Shown here one piece after another: positions 13,513 to 28,972 of a stretch of 64,000 nt of DNA. A program made the translations under genes and the position numbers. Below the pieces are notes generated by a model. That model did not search any database. It saw only the letters and a list, made by a program, of their open reading frames with translations, and was not told the DNA's origin. How positions within the stretch are numbered: position 1 is the first letter of the stretch; each line of letters begins with the position of its first letter. The DNA comes from the human T2T-CHM13v2.0 reference genome, Homo sapiens. The stretch lies in NCBI RefSeq assembly GCF_009914755.1, contig NC_060930.1. One strand, 5' to 3'.

Positions 13513-15410
13513 AAGGGGAGGGGCAGACAGCCACGTGGCACACCGTGCAGACATCTCCCATGTACCCAGCAATCCCATCTGCAGGTACATACGCTCCTAG
13601 GTTCTCACGGGAGGGAGAACCATCATGGGCAGCTCTGGGCATCCCACGCCTTCTCCATCAGGGGTCCGGGGGGCAACCTAGCCCTGTGCTCAGTGCCTGC
13701 CAAAGACCATATCCTGGAGACGATCTCCACGATCTGGAGACAGACTCTGGCAGCTGCCTGTCCCAGGGCCAAGGTCGGCTACACTACGAGTGAGCCCCCA
13801 TGCAAAATGAAAACAAAGCACCCTTGTTCAAAACGTATTAATAGTTTCAAGACAGACAGCAGAACATTAAACCAAGCCCCCTGCCCTTCTGAGTGCACAC
13901 CCTGTGCAACAGTCCAGGTCACACAGCCTTGAAGGGGGCTCTGAAGGTGACAGTTCCCAACCATGTGCTGGGAGGGAAGATGGCAGAGGGAGAGAGAGGG
14001 AGATTGAGAGAGAATATCTTTAAAATTTTTATTTAAGTATAACGTATAAAAAGGTGCACAGATCACAGGCAGACAGCTCAATGAATTTTCACGAAGGGAA
14101 TAAACCTGTGTAACCACCACCCAGATGAAGAAAGAGAACATTCCTGGCACCCCAGAACCCACCTTGTTGCCCTCACGACTCCCAGATTAGATTAGTTTTG
14201 CCTATTTTTGAGCATCATCGGTCTGCATGTTTTCTTTTATGCCTGGCTTTTCTCACCGCATGTCTGCGGGACTCAGCCATACTGCTGTGCTGTCATTCTC
14301 AGACGGACAATCCCAAGTGTCAGAGCCCATGTGGGGCAAACAGAATTCTCATACGCTGCTGGTGGGAGTGGAAAATGGTGCAACTACTTGGAAAAATCGG
14401 CTGGCAATATCTATCAAAGCTGAACAAACACCTGCCCTGTGACCCAGCAATTCCACCCCCAGATAGATACACAACAGAAATGCATCCCCATGGCCCCCCG
14501 AAACAACTTTGATATGAATGTGTATATCAGTGCTGTTTGTGAGAGCCAAACTCTCAAAAACTTGAAACTACTTAAATGCCCATTAACAGGAAAATGTACA
14601 AACAGTGGCATATTCACACAATTGAGATTTTGTTGTTGTTTTTTCCAGAGAGTCTGTACATTTGTTTATAAAGATTTTTCACCCGCTTGTGTGGGCTGCG
14701 TGTGCAGCACGGGGCACGGAAGATAAACGTGGTCTTGGATAAAAATGATGGTAGCCAACGGAGAGGAGTGGGTGGAACACAGGGCCCCAGTCTCAGGAGC
14801 GCGGGATTTGGCGGTTCTGAGTAACAAACCTAAGAAGGATTTTCACAAGGCACACTCTAACCTCTCTGAGTGTGAACGCTGCTTCCCAGAAATCCGTCCC
14901 CATCCCGGCAGAATTATCTACATATGGAAATGAGCCTGGATCTTCATTTGCTCTGCGGCTCTTGTTCACCGCAGAGCAAAGAGCAAGCTGGTGAACTCTC
15001 ACTCCTTTCCCGGGCCACACCCTCTGCCTGGAGCCTGCTAATTCGAGGTCCAGCCTCCAACCCACCGGCCTTCCCTAAGTCTCCTTCAGTGTCCTCAGTG
15101 AGAGGTGCCGGAAAGGCTATGACCTCACTCCTTCCCAAGCCCCGTCAGAACCCAGAACCAGAGTCTCCAGCCCGAAAATAGCCTCAGAATATCCCCTCGG
15201 TTGCTGTGTGCGATGCCTGATTTAGGTCTTGTGCCGGAAATGCTCAGTGAATCTCAGTTCCCCTCCAGATTCCCCTGCCTCGTGGCTCCCAGCGACTCCT
15301 AGACTCTCCTCCGCCTCAGCTGTCTGTGGGTCCCTGCTGCAAGCGGGGGCCTCGAGTGCCCGTCCCCACGGAGTGGGAAAGCTGTGGCTTTGACATTAGG
15401 CAGAGCTGCG

Positions 15411-15443
15411 CTGCAGCTCCGGCTGCCTACCCCCAGGGGGCGC
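15411..15443 (+). promoter_or_regulatory. Candidate CTCF site with upstream module
   Basis: Core CCCCCAGGGGGCGC (15430-15443) preceded 9 nt earlier by CTGCAGCTCC (15411-15420). Confidence 0.55.
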
Positions 15444-15590
15444 GCTGGTGATCGCAATGACAACGGCCATTCGCAAAATGGTTACCAGACCTCAAGCCCG
15501 TAGCACGAGCTTCTAAATACATGATTTTTGCCCACAATAATATTCATAAAGAATATATTGTTATTTTACAGATCAGGAAATTAAGGCTCA

Positions 15591-16078
<488 letters not shown>

Positions 16079-16472
16079 TCTGTCAGTCTCCAAAGTGCAC
16101 TCCACTGTTCTTCTGAACCTCAATTTTCACACCATTACAATGGGAATAAATGATACCAACCTTGCAGGACTGTTAGGAAACTTGAGTGAGGCGATGCAGT
16201 GAGCACTTGGCATAGGATGCTGGTGGGCACCTGGGTAGTGGGAACATTTGCTGTAGAAGGGCCCACAGTGAGGTCTCATCATGGGACAGGGGCCCACAGC
16301 TGTCTCACAGAACTTGCTCCAAGCCCAACAGTGTCACATGGGTGAACCCAGCCAGGATAATTCCCCAAATTCCTCTTTCCTGGGTCCTAAGGTGGACATT
16401 GGTCTCCTCAACCTCTGGTGGCTCTGGCAAGCCCTCTTACACTGTGCCGGTAAAGGAAGCACCTGGTTTAAG

Positions 16473-16682
16473 CCAGGGTTTCTCAACCTCATCTCTGTTG
16501 ACATTTTGGACTGGATACCTATTTGCTAGAGGGGAGGGGGGCGGTCCTGTGTGTTGTAGGATGTTTAGCAGCATCCTTGGCCTCTACTCACTAGATGATA
16601 GTAGTATCCCACCCAGTAGTGAAAACCAAAAATGCCTCCAAGTCCCCTGGAGAGCAAAATCTCGCCCAGCTGAGAACTATTG
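16473..16682. mobile_element. MER20 (hAT-Charlie)
   Basis: cagggtttctcaacctc...tgacattttgg...gatgtttagcagcatcc...tgagaact. Confidence 0.7.
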
Positions 16683-17737
16683 GCTTAAGCAATAACGACA
16701 TGCAATGATCTCACGTTAACTAGGAGTCCCTGATGGCAGGTAGTTCCAGGTGGTTTGGGGCAGCAGCTTGATGATGCCAACAACCACCAATGTTGTCCTA
16801 ATGCTCATCAATTCATGATCACAAGATGGCTGCCACAGATCCCATTGTGCCACCGCCACAGTCCCACTCAAAGGCAGGCAAGAGGGGGAAAGCGATGGTG
16901 TCCTGTGGCATCACCTTTAATCTACAGAGTTTTCCTAGACACTTCTCAGCAGATCTCCCCTGTGTCTCATTGGCTAAAACTGGGGTACCTATCCAGTCCT
17001 AGCAGCAAGGGAGCTGGGAAAATGACTAAGTGGCAAGGGGGAGGAGGGATGGAAATGGTGGGCCCTCCCTGACCTGGCAGAATAGACACTCCTCATACTT
17101 GCAGAAATTATTTTTAAATCTATCTGCTTTTCCTCACTAAGACTTCAGGACAGGGATCCACATGTTTTCCTCTGTATCCTCAGAACTTAGCCTCGTGCTT
17201 AGCACTTAGAAGGTGTTTACTTCATGCTCGTTGAATGAATGAATGAATGAATCGATCAGTTGACCAATGATTTGACCTTCCCCCTTCCTTGCTTATATCA
17301 CTAAGAGCCCTAAGTAGATGATTATTTATCTATATGCAAATTAACTTGTCTAATTACAAATAAGCCTATGATACAAATAATAATGCAAACATCTCCCAGT
17401 TTCTCTAACAAGTCCCGATCCCTCTGGCCATTGAATATGCTGTTCCACTTGTCCAGAACATTCTTCCTGCTACCTCTAACCTCACCCCTCTTCAGCTGGC
17501 CAGCTCCTTCTCACTCATAGGTCTCAGCTTAGATGTCACTGCCTCTGGGAAGCCCTCACTGATCTCCTCAGTGTGGCTCGAGGCCTTGGTCCCCTGTGCT
17601 GCGCCATCCTAGCACTTATCACCCTGTGTTGTGACTGTTTCCCTAGCAGGACAGGAAATGTCCATGGAGACCAGAACAGCTTGTCCTTCACCAAAGTTAA
17701 GTTCTCCATAAACTTTTTTGATTGAATCATTTATGCC

Positions 17738-18054
17738 AAGGGTTGGCAAAGCTGTTCTGCAAAGTGCCAGATAGTATTTTCAGCTTTGTGGGCTGTATGA
17801 TCTCTGTTGCAACCATTCGACTCTGCGGTTGGAGGGAGAAAGCAGCCATAGCTGATACTTAAACAAATGAGCATGGCTGTGTTCCAATAAAACTCTATTT
17901 GTGGGCACTGAAATTTGAATTTCATATGAATTTCACATGTCATAAAATATTATTCCTTAAAAACATTTTTTCAACCATACAAAAATGTAAAAACCATTTT
18001 TAAAGGTTCACCGGCTGTACAAAAACAGGTGATGGACCTTAGTTTGCTAACCCT
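17738..18054. mobile_element. MER58-type DNA transposon
   Basis: gggttggcaaa...gctgtgttccaataaaact...tagtttgctaaccctg. Confidence 0.7.
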
Positions 18055-18254
18055 GATTAATACTGAGAGTCACATGTTCTGGATTTTCCAGGTCATTCTC
18101 AAAGATACAACAGGATCACATAAAGCAGTAATGCACAGTAGTTCTTAAGATCAAGCAGTTAAGTTAAACTTGAAAGTGCATTAAATGACTTAGCCATCAC
18201 AACCCAGAAGACTGTGTCTTAGGAAATCAAAGATTAAGATTAATTTAAGACTGG

Positions 18255-19890
<1,636 letters not shown>

Positions 19891-20379
19891 ATTAGTTACC
19901 AGTGTTTCTCTGGCTTGGTTCCCCACCAGGTAAATTATAGAAACAGGCCCTTTTTGTCAAAGGGCGTTTGATTCCAGGAGTACCTGCCACAGTGACAGTT
20001 TCCAGGTCACTCTTCCCCATGGAAAGATTCCTTCCCATCCACGCTGGGTTTCACACATTGGGCCCTCTCAGTATCACAGAGAAACTCCAGCTGCACGGCC
20101 AGGCCTCCTCTGTCACAGTGAAGCTGTGGCTCCAGCTCTCTGGACACTGAGCAAATCCAGTTCAAGCCCTGACGTTTGGGGAATGTGGAGGGATTTCCCC
20201 ACCAGCACAGGCCTGGGAATGACTATGAGCAGAGAGGAGGAGAGAGGATTCCAGAAGGAGCTAACTATCTGCCCCAAATGCCCATCTACTTCTCTTTCCA
20301 TTGAGCACTGCAGTTTCTTCTGCAAATGGGCCCCATTATATCCACCCTCCAGCCAGGCGTGAACTGGCTGAGAGTAAGT

Positions 20380-20877
20380 TGAGTCCTAGGAGTCAGGATT
20401 CAACTGCCGAGGCGGGGCTTGGACACCAGGCCAAATTGAGGACTAGGTAAAACCAGGACAGGGCGAACAAGCTTTCCATAAGACACGCTAAGACACGCCC
20501 ATCAGTGCGCCATGTCAATTTACCATTGCCATGGCAACACCCAGAAGTTACCGCCCCTTTCCATGACAACTACCTCCTGAGCTGGAAGTTACCACTCTTT
20601 TTCTAGAAATTTCTACATAATCTGCCCCTTAATTTGCATATAATGCAAGCGGGTATAAATATGAGTGCAGCCCTGCCTCTGATCTGCTGCTCTGGGCACA
20701 CTGCCTGTGGGGTAGCCCTGCTCTGCAGGGAGCAGGACCTCTGCTGCTGCCGTACACTGTCGCTTCAATAAAATTTGCTGGTTTAACATCACCAGCTTGA
20801 CCTTGGATTATTTTTGGGGCAGAGCCAAGAAACTTCCTGGGCTAAGCCCCAATATTAGGCTCGCCTGCCCTGCATCA
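20380..20877 (+). mobile_element. ERV1-class solo LTR (subfamily not assigned)
   Basis: TG...CA termini, TATAAA at about 20655, AATAAA at about 20767, typical ERV1 U5 end; no clean TSD. Confidence 0.7.
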
Positions 20878-21039
20878 AAAGGATGTAATTGAGGCCGCAG
20901 GAGCTGGGACTTCTTTTACAGATACGAGGTTATGTGAATGGTTAGGCAAGGAGAGGTTTGCCGCCATCACGCCACAGCCATGACTAATTAATCGCCGTAG
21001 ATCGAGGGAAGGAGAGCAGCAAATGGCCTCAGCTGTGTG

Positions 21040-21510
21040 GGTCCCGCTCGGTCATGGCCGGAAGAACGGCCCCCAATAGGATACGTCCAAGTCCTAACGC
21101 TCAGAACCTGTGAATGTGACCCGATTGGAAAAAAAGGGTCTTCACAGACATAATTAAGGATTTCAAGATGAGATCATCCGGGATTTGGAGGGGGCGTAAA
21201 TCCAGTGAGAGTGGTCCTGAAGGAGCAGGAGGAGACCTGAGATTCACAGAGACACACAGGGGGAAGATGGCCACATGAAGATGGGGGCAGAGATGGGAGT
21301 GATGCAGCCACAAACCAAGGCATGCCAAGGTCTGCCCACCACCCCCAGAGGCTAGGAGCTGGGAGAGACACAGCGAAGGGACTCCCCCTCAGAGTGCCCA
21401 GAGGGAATCGATCTCTGCCTGAATGTGGACCTCCTGTGAGACGATTAATGTCCACTGTTTTAAGTCCCCAAGTTTGTGGTAATTTGTTACAGCACCCTAG
21501 GAAAATAACA
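21040..21510 (+). mobile_element. MLT1C/D-type MaLR LTR
   Basis: ggcccccaa...agaacctgtgaatgtgacc...gtaatttgttacagca. Confidence 0.7.
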
Positions 21511-22410
21511 CATTCTCTCTCACACCCAGCCACTCAGCTGACTGGGTCTCCAGGTCCTGAAGCCCCCACCTGGCTCACTCAGGCTCGCGGTTGAGCTGCC
21601 TGTCAACCGGGAGTGTCCCTCTTCCTGCTGGAGGGCAGGGGCCCTCAGGAGCACTGGCTTTGATCATCCTGACTGACCCACAGAAGGGGTGGGTGCCAGG
21701 TAGGTGGCAGCGCCTGAAGATCTTCCATCTTGTTACTCTCAAAATGTTCCTTTTGTGGCCCTAAAAAATAAGCAAATAAAATGATGTAAAATAATTAATC
21801 TTGAAGTAAAAAATGTAAAACCAGTGCCGAGGCTGATGCCTAAAGCATCTCCTCGCCCTTTTTCCTGCCCTTGGTGACTTTTGTTCTTAGTTAGCTCTGA
21901 CTTTCAAGTCCAGGGTGAGACCAGGTTTCCACTCACAGAGGTCGCCCACAAGGTGAAACTTGAGGGCCAGGCCCTCTGAGCCCAACAAACTGCAATTCCC
22001 AGGAAATATGATCAGATGGCAGGATCTCAGGCACTAGGCCCAACCTGGAAGGGGCTGTATTTCAGGGAAGGAGCCGTATTTCAGGGAAGGGGCGGGCCCT
22101 TGCATTAGCAGGTGACTGTCTTCTCAGTTGATAAGAACACCCCATTAACCAGAAAATGGGCTGTCCAAGACAGACTTTGGTCTTATCAAAACAAGAGCAG
22201 AGAGTCTGTTGAAACAGCTTGCTGGGAGCCAGACTGTTGTAATGCAACAATTAGTACATGCCTGTGTCTCATTTACAACACCAGAGACTCCACACTTTAG
22301 CGATGGCCACTGAGGGTTTTGTTACTGTTGTTGTTGTTTGCCACTTTCCTGCCTAGGAATAGCCACTGTTTAGAAAAAGCTCTTCCAAGGTATTTTTTCT
22401 ACTCGCATAG

Positions 22411-23010
<600 letters not shown>

Positions 23011-26000
23011 TCTTTGTTGTTAGTGGTGTTGTATTTTGTTCCAGTGGTGGCAGTTCCCAAAAACATTATCCTAAGGGAGCTTTTGGCCACAGAGCAGGGA
23101 AGACTCCCTTGTCTCTTCCAAGCCCCAAATAATTTCTTTTTTAAAACTTAGTGAAGGAAAGCGTTCAGAACTCCAAGAGACCATCACTTCTCAGGAAGGG
23201 GGGTTTCCACACAAGGGGACATTAGGAATAATTGCATTTCACCCACATGAACTTCTCAGCCTTCTGCTGATGACTTTTCTCTTTGAAACCTTGCAAAGTT
23301 GGAGTGGAACTTGCAGCCCCTACTCCCACTCCAAGTTAGGCAGACAGGGATAGGGTAAGGGGACAAGGAGGTGAACCCAAGTCAGCTTGTCCCCAGCAAA
23401 GTCACTCATGGCCTCTCTCCCCAAGGCAATGCTCCTCTCTTTTGTAATCCCAAGACAGTTGACAACACATCCAAGTCCATTTTTTTTTTCTCACTCGGGG
23501 CACTTGAGAGGTAAGTAAAATTCTCATGACATATGGACGATATACAGACTAGAGAATATCCCATACTTTTAGTCTAATTCCTCGAAATAGTTTATAGAAA
23601 TTATCTTATATAACAAAAGCAACTACGCCTTTCTGTGCCATGTTCCCTGAATCATCATTCATTTTACCAGCTCCACATGTTCACAGACAGGTTAGCATCA
23701 CCACTTGGCAGATGGCCCAGGAGCCCCAGCCTTGCACCTGCAGGGGCGTCACGTGTTCTTCCTCATCAGTTCTTGCAGATCTTCTCTTTATGTGAGCTAC
23801 AGGGTGTTCCACTGTATTTACTTACCCAAACCCCATTGCTAGACCTTTGGATTTTCCCCATGTTTTGTAAGAATAACCAGTGCTCCAGAGAACATCTCTA
23901 AAAATATATGTCTGCACGTATGTGAGAAGTTTTGTGAAAGGTGTATTCTCAGAAACAGAATGTCTGGGTCACAAGGGAGACATACTTACAACCTGGGTAG
24001 GCCCTGCCGAATTCCCTTCCAAAAGTGTGTGCCTCTTTCCACCACCAGCTGTGTCAATGAGTGTGGCTGCTTCTTCACCCTCACGCTCACTGTGGACACT
24101 GTGGAGCCTGTTCATTGCTGTCCATCAGATGAGCCACTCTTGTCTTAATTTGCCTCCCTCCCTCCCTCTCTCTCTCTCCCTCTCTCTCTTTCTTTCTTTC
24201 TTTATTCTTATTATTATTATTTTGGTAGAGGCAGGGTCTTGCTATGTTACCCAGGCTGGTCTCCAACCCCTGGGCTCAAGCAATCCTCCTGCCTCAGCCT
24301 CCCAAAGTGCTGGGATTACAGGCGTGAGCCACCGTGCTGGACCTAATTTGCCTTTCTTTCACAGTGAAGTTAAACATCTTCTTAAATGCTTCTTGGCCTC
24401 TGAGTTTGTTCCTAAGCAGCAGATTCTTTATTAGGAAAAAAAAAATCCACTTACAAGTTCTATTGTTTCCTCCTGGAAGTGCTCATTATAACCAAGAGAA
24501 TACATGGAAGCTCTGTCTTCCTATGACACATAGACCCTTCTCACCTCACAGGGAAAAGGAGACTGTTGATGTCAGCACCCACCAAATGCCACACACCAGG
24601 AGCCGATTCCAGGACTGATCCACAGGAAGCCACTTCTCCATCTTTCGAGGGCACCCGTGTTCACAGACAGGACTTCAGAGGTCAACTTATAGACGCCACA
24701 GACAGGAGGAAGCCACTTCACACCACAAATACAGTTTTTATACAGACAAAAATGAAAGGATTGTCAGTTATCTCAAGTAAGTACTGAACCAAAATACATG
24801 TTAAAATCTTGATGTAAGGTCCTGGTGGGTTGGCCTGGACCACACCATCAAAGGCCCTTTTTCTCCCTCAGAGGTGGGAAAGCTGAAAAGTAAACTCCCC
24901 TGGCCCCTTAGCAGCTGGAGTTTCTGATGTGAATTAGGATCTGACAATTTAATGCCCTGGCCCAGGTTGGGAGGAGGAAGTGAAGTGAGGGCATTTTCCT
25001 GTGGATCCCATGCTGCTGAACAAGCAAGGTCAAGGAGAAGCTGCGCATTCCAGCAAGGCTCGCGTGCTGACACTCCTCCATGTGCAGCGTGGTTCCCGCC
25101 TTCTGCATCACTGCTGCAGTGTTGAGATTCCGGCTCATCCCTGGAGCCCTACCAGGAACCCACTCCTCCACCCTTCCAATGACTTTGTAAACCCCTGATG
25201 CCTTTCCCGCTAAAATTAGCTGCTGTGGTTTCCTCCAGCTGAACCATGACTGATACAGCTCACAAATATGCTTTATCTTGACCAAGGCAGCCATGCAAGA
25301 TAAGAGAAAGAAAAGTCTAGACAAAGGGCAACACAGGCATGAATCACGCTTATTACGGTTTTCCTAACAGCACTTTAATTAGATACCTCGTCCCTTTAGA
25401 CAATGTGAAAACTAAGCAGAGGCACAAAGAATGAAATAAACATCATCTGTTATTCCACAAGAATCAAATATTGATGAGAAGAAAACAGCCAGCCCCACTG
25501 AGATGCCGGGCCTAGCAGGCCAGCTGCTGTTGTTCATTTGAACGCAGATTCACCAGCTCAGCCGAGGACAGCCTGGGCTGATCTGGGCTCACACTTACTA
25601 TCTGATGTGAGACTGCAGAGGAGCTCCCAGCTCCTTTCTGAGAGTGAGGGGAAAAGTTGCGATAACAAAACGTGATGGTAATAACTTATCTCATTTTTCT
25701 CCTGGCAGAAAACTTGAATACCAGAGCATCCAGTTCTAACCCACAGACCTGGCAGCCTAGTGGGAGAATGAGTGTCTGTACTTTTTCTGCCTCCAGTCAC
25801 CCTCCCTGAACTCCTGCTGACCACCCACCATGCCTGGAGAGGGTCTTCCATATCCCTCTAGCCCAAGCTAGAACCTGAAATCTATTTGTATTTATTTAAA
25901 CTGGGCCTATTCTTTCCACCTTCAGTCCAAGGTCAAAGTTGTCTTCCAGAGACTTCTTTCCTTCTTTTTTCCAGAGAAAAAAATGATAAAACTACCTATA

Positions 26001-27298
26001 ATTTATCAAGACGCTACCGAGAAGTTAACCCTCATAAGAACTTCACAAAGTAGGAGTTATTCTCATTTTACAATTGAGAGGTTCAGAGAGATTGAGTCCA
26101 TTTTCCAACATTCCACAGCTCATGAGACGTGGAAGCAGGATTCAGACCCACAACCTTCAGGTTCAAAGCCTGGGTTCTTAATCCTCATGCTACATCCCAC
26201 TTTGCCAGGCCTAGGAAAGTGCCCCTGATTTGCTGCCCTCTTTGGGGAAGCTGCTACTCTATGCAGAGCCTCTGTTTGCTCATAATTTTTTTTTTAATAA
26301 TAACTACTGGGATCTCATTCACATGCCACAAAGTTCACTCTCTTTTTTTCACTCTGTCACCCAGGCTGAAGTGCAGTGGCACGATCTTGGCTCCCTGAAA
26401 CCTCCGCCTCCTGTGTTCAAGCAATTCTGTGCCTCAGCCTCCTGATGTAGCTGGCATTACAGGCACGTGCCACCACACCCAGCTAATTTTTGTGATTTTA
26501 AGAGAGACGGGGTTTTGCCATGTTGGTCAGGCTGATCTCGAACTCCTGGACTCTAGCAATCCACCTGCCTCGGCCTCCCAAAGTGCTGGGATTACAGGCA
26601 TGAGCTACCAGGCCTGGCTAAAATTCACTCTTTAAAATGTACAGTTCTGTGGGGTTTAGTATATTCACAGAGATGTGCATTAATCACCATGACTGCCCAC
26701 TTCCGGAGCATTTTCATACCCCTGGAAAGAAATCCCATACCCATTACCAGTCCCTTCCCAGGCCCTCTCACCCCCAACCCCAGTCAACCATTAATCTCCC
26801 ACCTGGCTGGGTGGATTTGCCTCTCTGGACATTTCATATAAATGGAATCATACAATCATATGTTATGACTTGCTCCTTACATTCAACACTATTTCTTCAA
26901 GGTTCACCCGTGTTACAGCATGTATTAGAACTTTATTCCTTTTTCATGACTGCATAATGTTCCATTGTGTGGATAGATCACATTTTGTTTATCCATTCAG
27001 CAGTTAATGGACATTTGGGTTGTTTTTCGTTTTGGCAACTACAAATAATGCTACCGTGAACATTTGTGTACAAGTTTTTGTGTGGACATATGTTTTTAAT
27101 TCTCTCGGGTATATACTTAGAAGCAGGATTGCTGGGTCATACGGTAACTCTATTTTAGCTTTTTGAGAAATTGTTAAGCTGTTTTCCACAGCAGCTGCAT
27201 CATTTTATGTTCTCACCAGTAACGTATGAGGGTTCTAACTTCTCCACATCCTCTCCGACACTTGTTAATGTCCATCTTTTTTTTAATTATAGCTCTGC

Positions 27299-27846
27299 TG
27301 TTGCCAGAAAAAGAGTCCCAATCCAGACTCCAAGAGAGGATTGTTGGATCTCGCACAGGAAGGGATTCAAGGTAAGTTACAAAGTGCAGAGAGAGGATAG
27401 TTTATTGAAAGCTACTCAGTCACAGAATAGGGCATCCTCAGAAAGCAAGAGGAGGAACACGCCATCTCTGTCTTAAACTTTTCTCATATAGGAGTCTCAT
27501 CTATGTAAAAGCTAAGATAAATTATGTCTGCGTGGGTGGGCTGACAGCATAAAATTTAGTATTCTGTTGATTTAAAGAAAGTATCTTTGGCATTTTAGTA
27601 CATAAGTACATCAAAGCATGACTATAGTCATCTTAAAAGCATATCTTGTTAAGGATAGTGGGACATCTGGACTTTTTGTTATTGTAGGAGTGTGTTCTTG
27701 CAGGTATTTTTAAGGTGTTTCCTCAACTGTAAACATCTTAGGACCATGAGTCATGACTGGCAAGGAACGTGCCTTGATAGTTTTAAGATGGAGTTGATTT
27801 TAAAATGATGTCACCATGGCTCTCCTATGCTTCTGTTTCCCTAACA
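27299..27846 (-). mobile_element. ERV1 solo LTR (LTR10/MER41-like end) inserted in old L1
   Basis: Minus strand TGTTAGGGAAAC...GGCAACA; interrupts L1 sequence; AP-1 site TGAGTCA at 27747-27753. Confidence 0.65.
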
Positions 27847-27911
27847 ATCCTAGTGAGCGAGAAGTAGTATCTCATGGTAGTTTGTTCTTCATTTCCCTAA
27901 TGATTAATGAT

Positions 27912-28290
27912 TGTTGTGGTTTGGCTGTGTCACCCCCAACCCCCACCAATTCTCATCTTGAATTGTAGCTCCCACAATTCCCACATGTTGTGGGAGGGAC
28001 CCAGTGGGAGGTAATTGAATCATGGTAATTGAATCAGTCTCTCCCGTGCTGTTCTCATGATTGTGAATAAGTCTCATGAGACCCCATAAAATTTTATAAA
28101 GAGGAGTTTCCCTGCACAAGCTCTCTCCCCCCTGCCACGATGTAGGATGTGACTTGCTCCTCCTTGTCTTCTGCCATGATTGTGAGGCCTCCCCAGCCAT
28201 GTGGAACTGTGAGTCAATTAAACCTCTTTTCTTTATAAATTACCAGTCTCGGGTATGTCTTCATCAGCAGTGTGAAAACGGACTAATACA
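27912..28290 (+). mobile_element. THE1 (ERVL-MaLR) solo LTR
   Basis: TGTTGTGGTTTGGCTGTGTC...GACTAATACA with 5-bp TSD ATGAT (27907-27911, 28291-28295). Confidence 0.88.
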
Positions 28291-28926
28291 ATGATGTTAG
28301 CATTTCTTCATGTGCTTATTTGTTATTTGTGTATCTTCTTAGGAAAAATCTCTATTCATGTCCTTTGCCCAATTTGGGGTTTTTTGTCTTCTTATTATTG
28401 AGTTGTAGGAATTCTTTATCAATCCTGGATACAATTCTTTTATCAGATATATGATTTGGAGATATTTTCTCCCATCCTATGGGTTTTTTTTTTTTTTTTT
28501 ACTTTCTTGATGGTGTCCTATGAAGCACAAAGGCTTTTAATTTTGATGGAGTTCAATTTATCTATTTTTTTATTACTTATTCTTTTGGTGTTATATTTAA
28601 GACACAATGGCCTAATCCAAGGTCATGAAGATTTACTCCTATGTTTTATTCTAGGAGTTTTACAGTTTTAGCTCTTACGTTTATGTCTTTGACATATTTT
28701 GAGTTAATTTTTGGAGATGGTGTAAGGTAAGGGGACAACTTTATTCTTTTGCATGTGGACACCCATTGTCCCAACACTATTTGTTGAAAAAACTGTTCTT
28801 AATCTATATCCTTATGCCATTACCAATCTTTGTTGAGTACTATAGCTTTGTAGCAAGTTTCAAAATCAGGAAGTGTGGGTCCTCCAACTTTGTTTTTCTT
28901 TCCAAGACTGTTTTGGCTATTTGGGG

Positions 28927-28972
28927 TCACTGGAAACTCCATATGAATATGAAGATCAGCTGAAGTCCATTT
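28927..28972 (-). CDS. ETV7: Candidate alternative terminal coding exon of ETV7 ([15 protein letters not shown]), L1-derived
   Basis: T-run polypyrimidine tract + attgcag|A at 28973/28972; phase 2 matches the exon 7 donor (AG+A = Arg); TGA ends at 28927; consistent with a recalled ETV7 isoform C-terminus. Confidence 0.7.
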
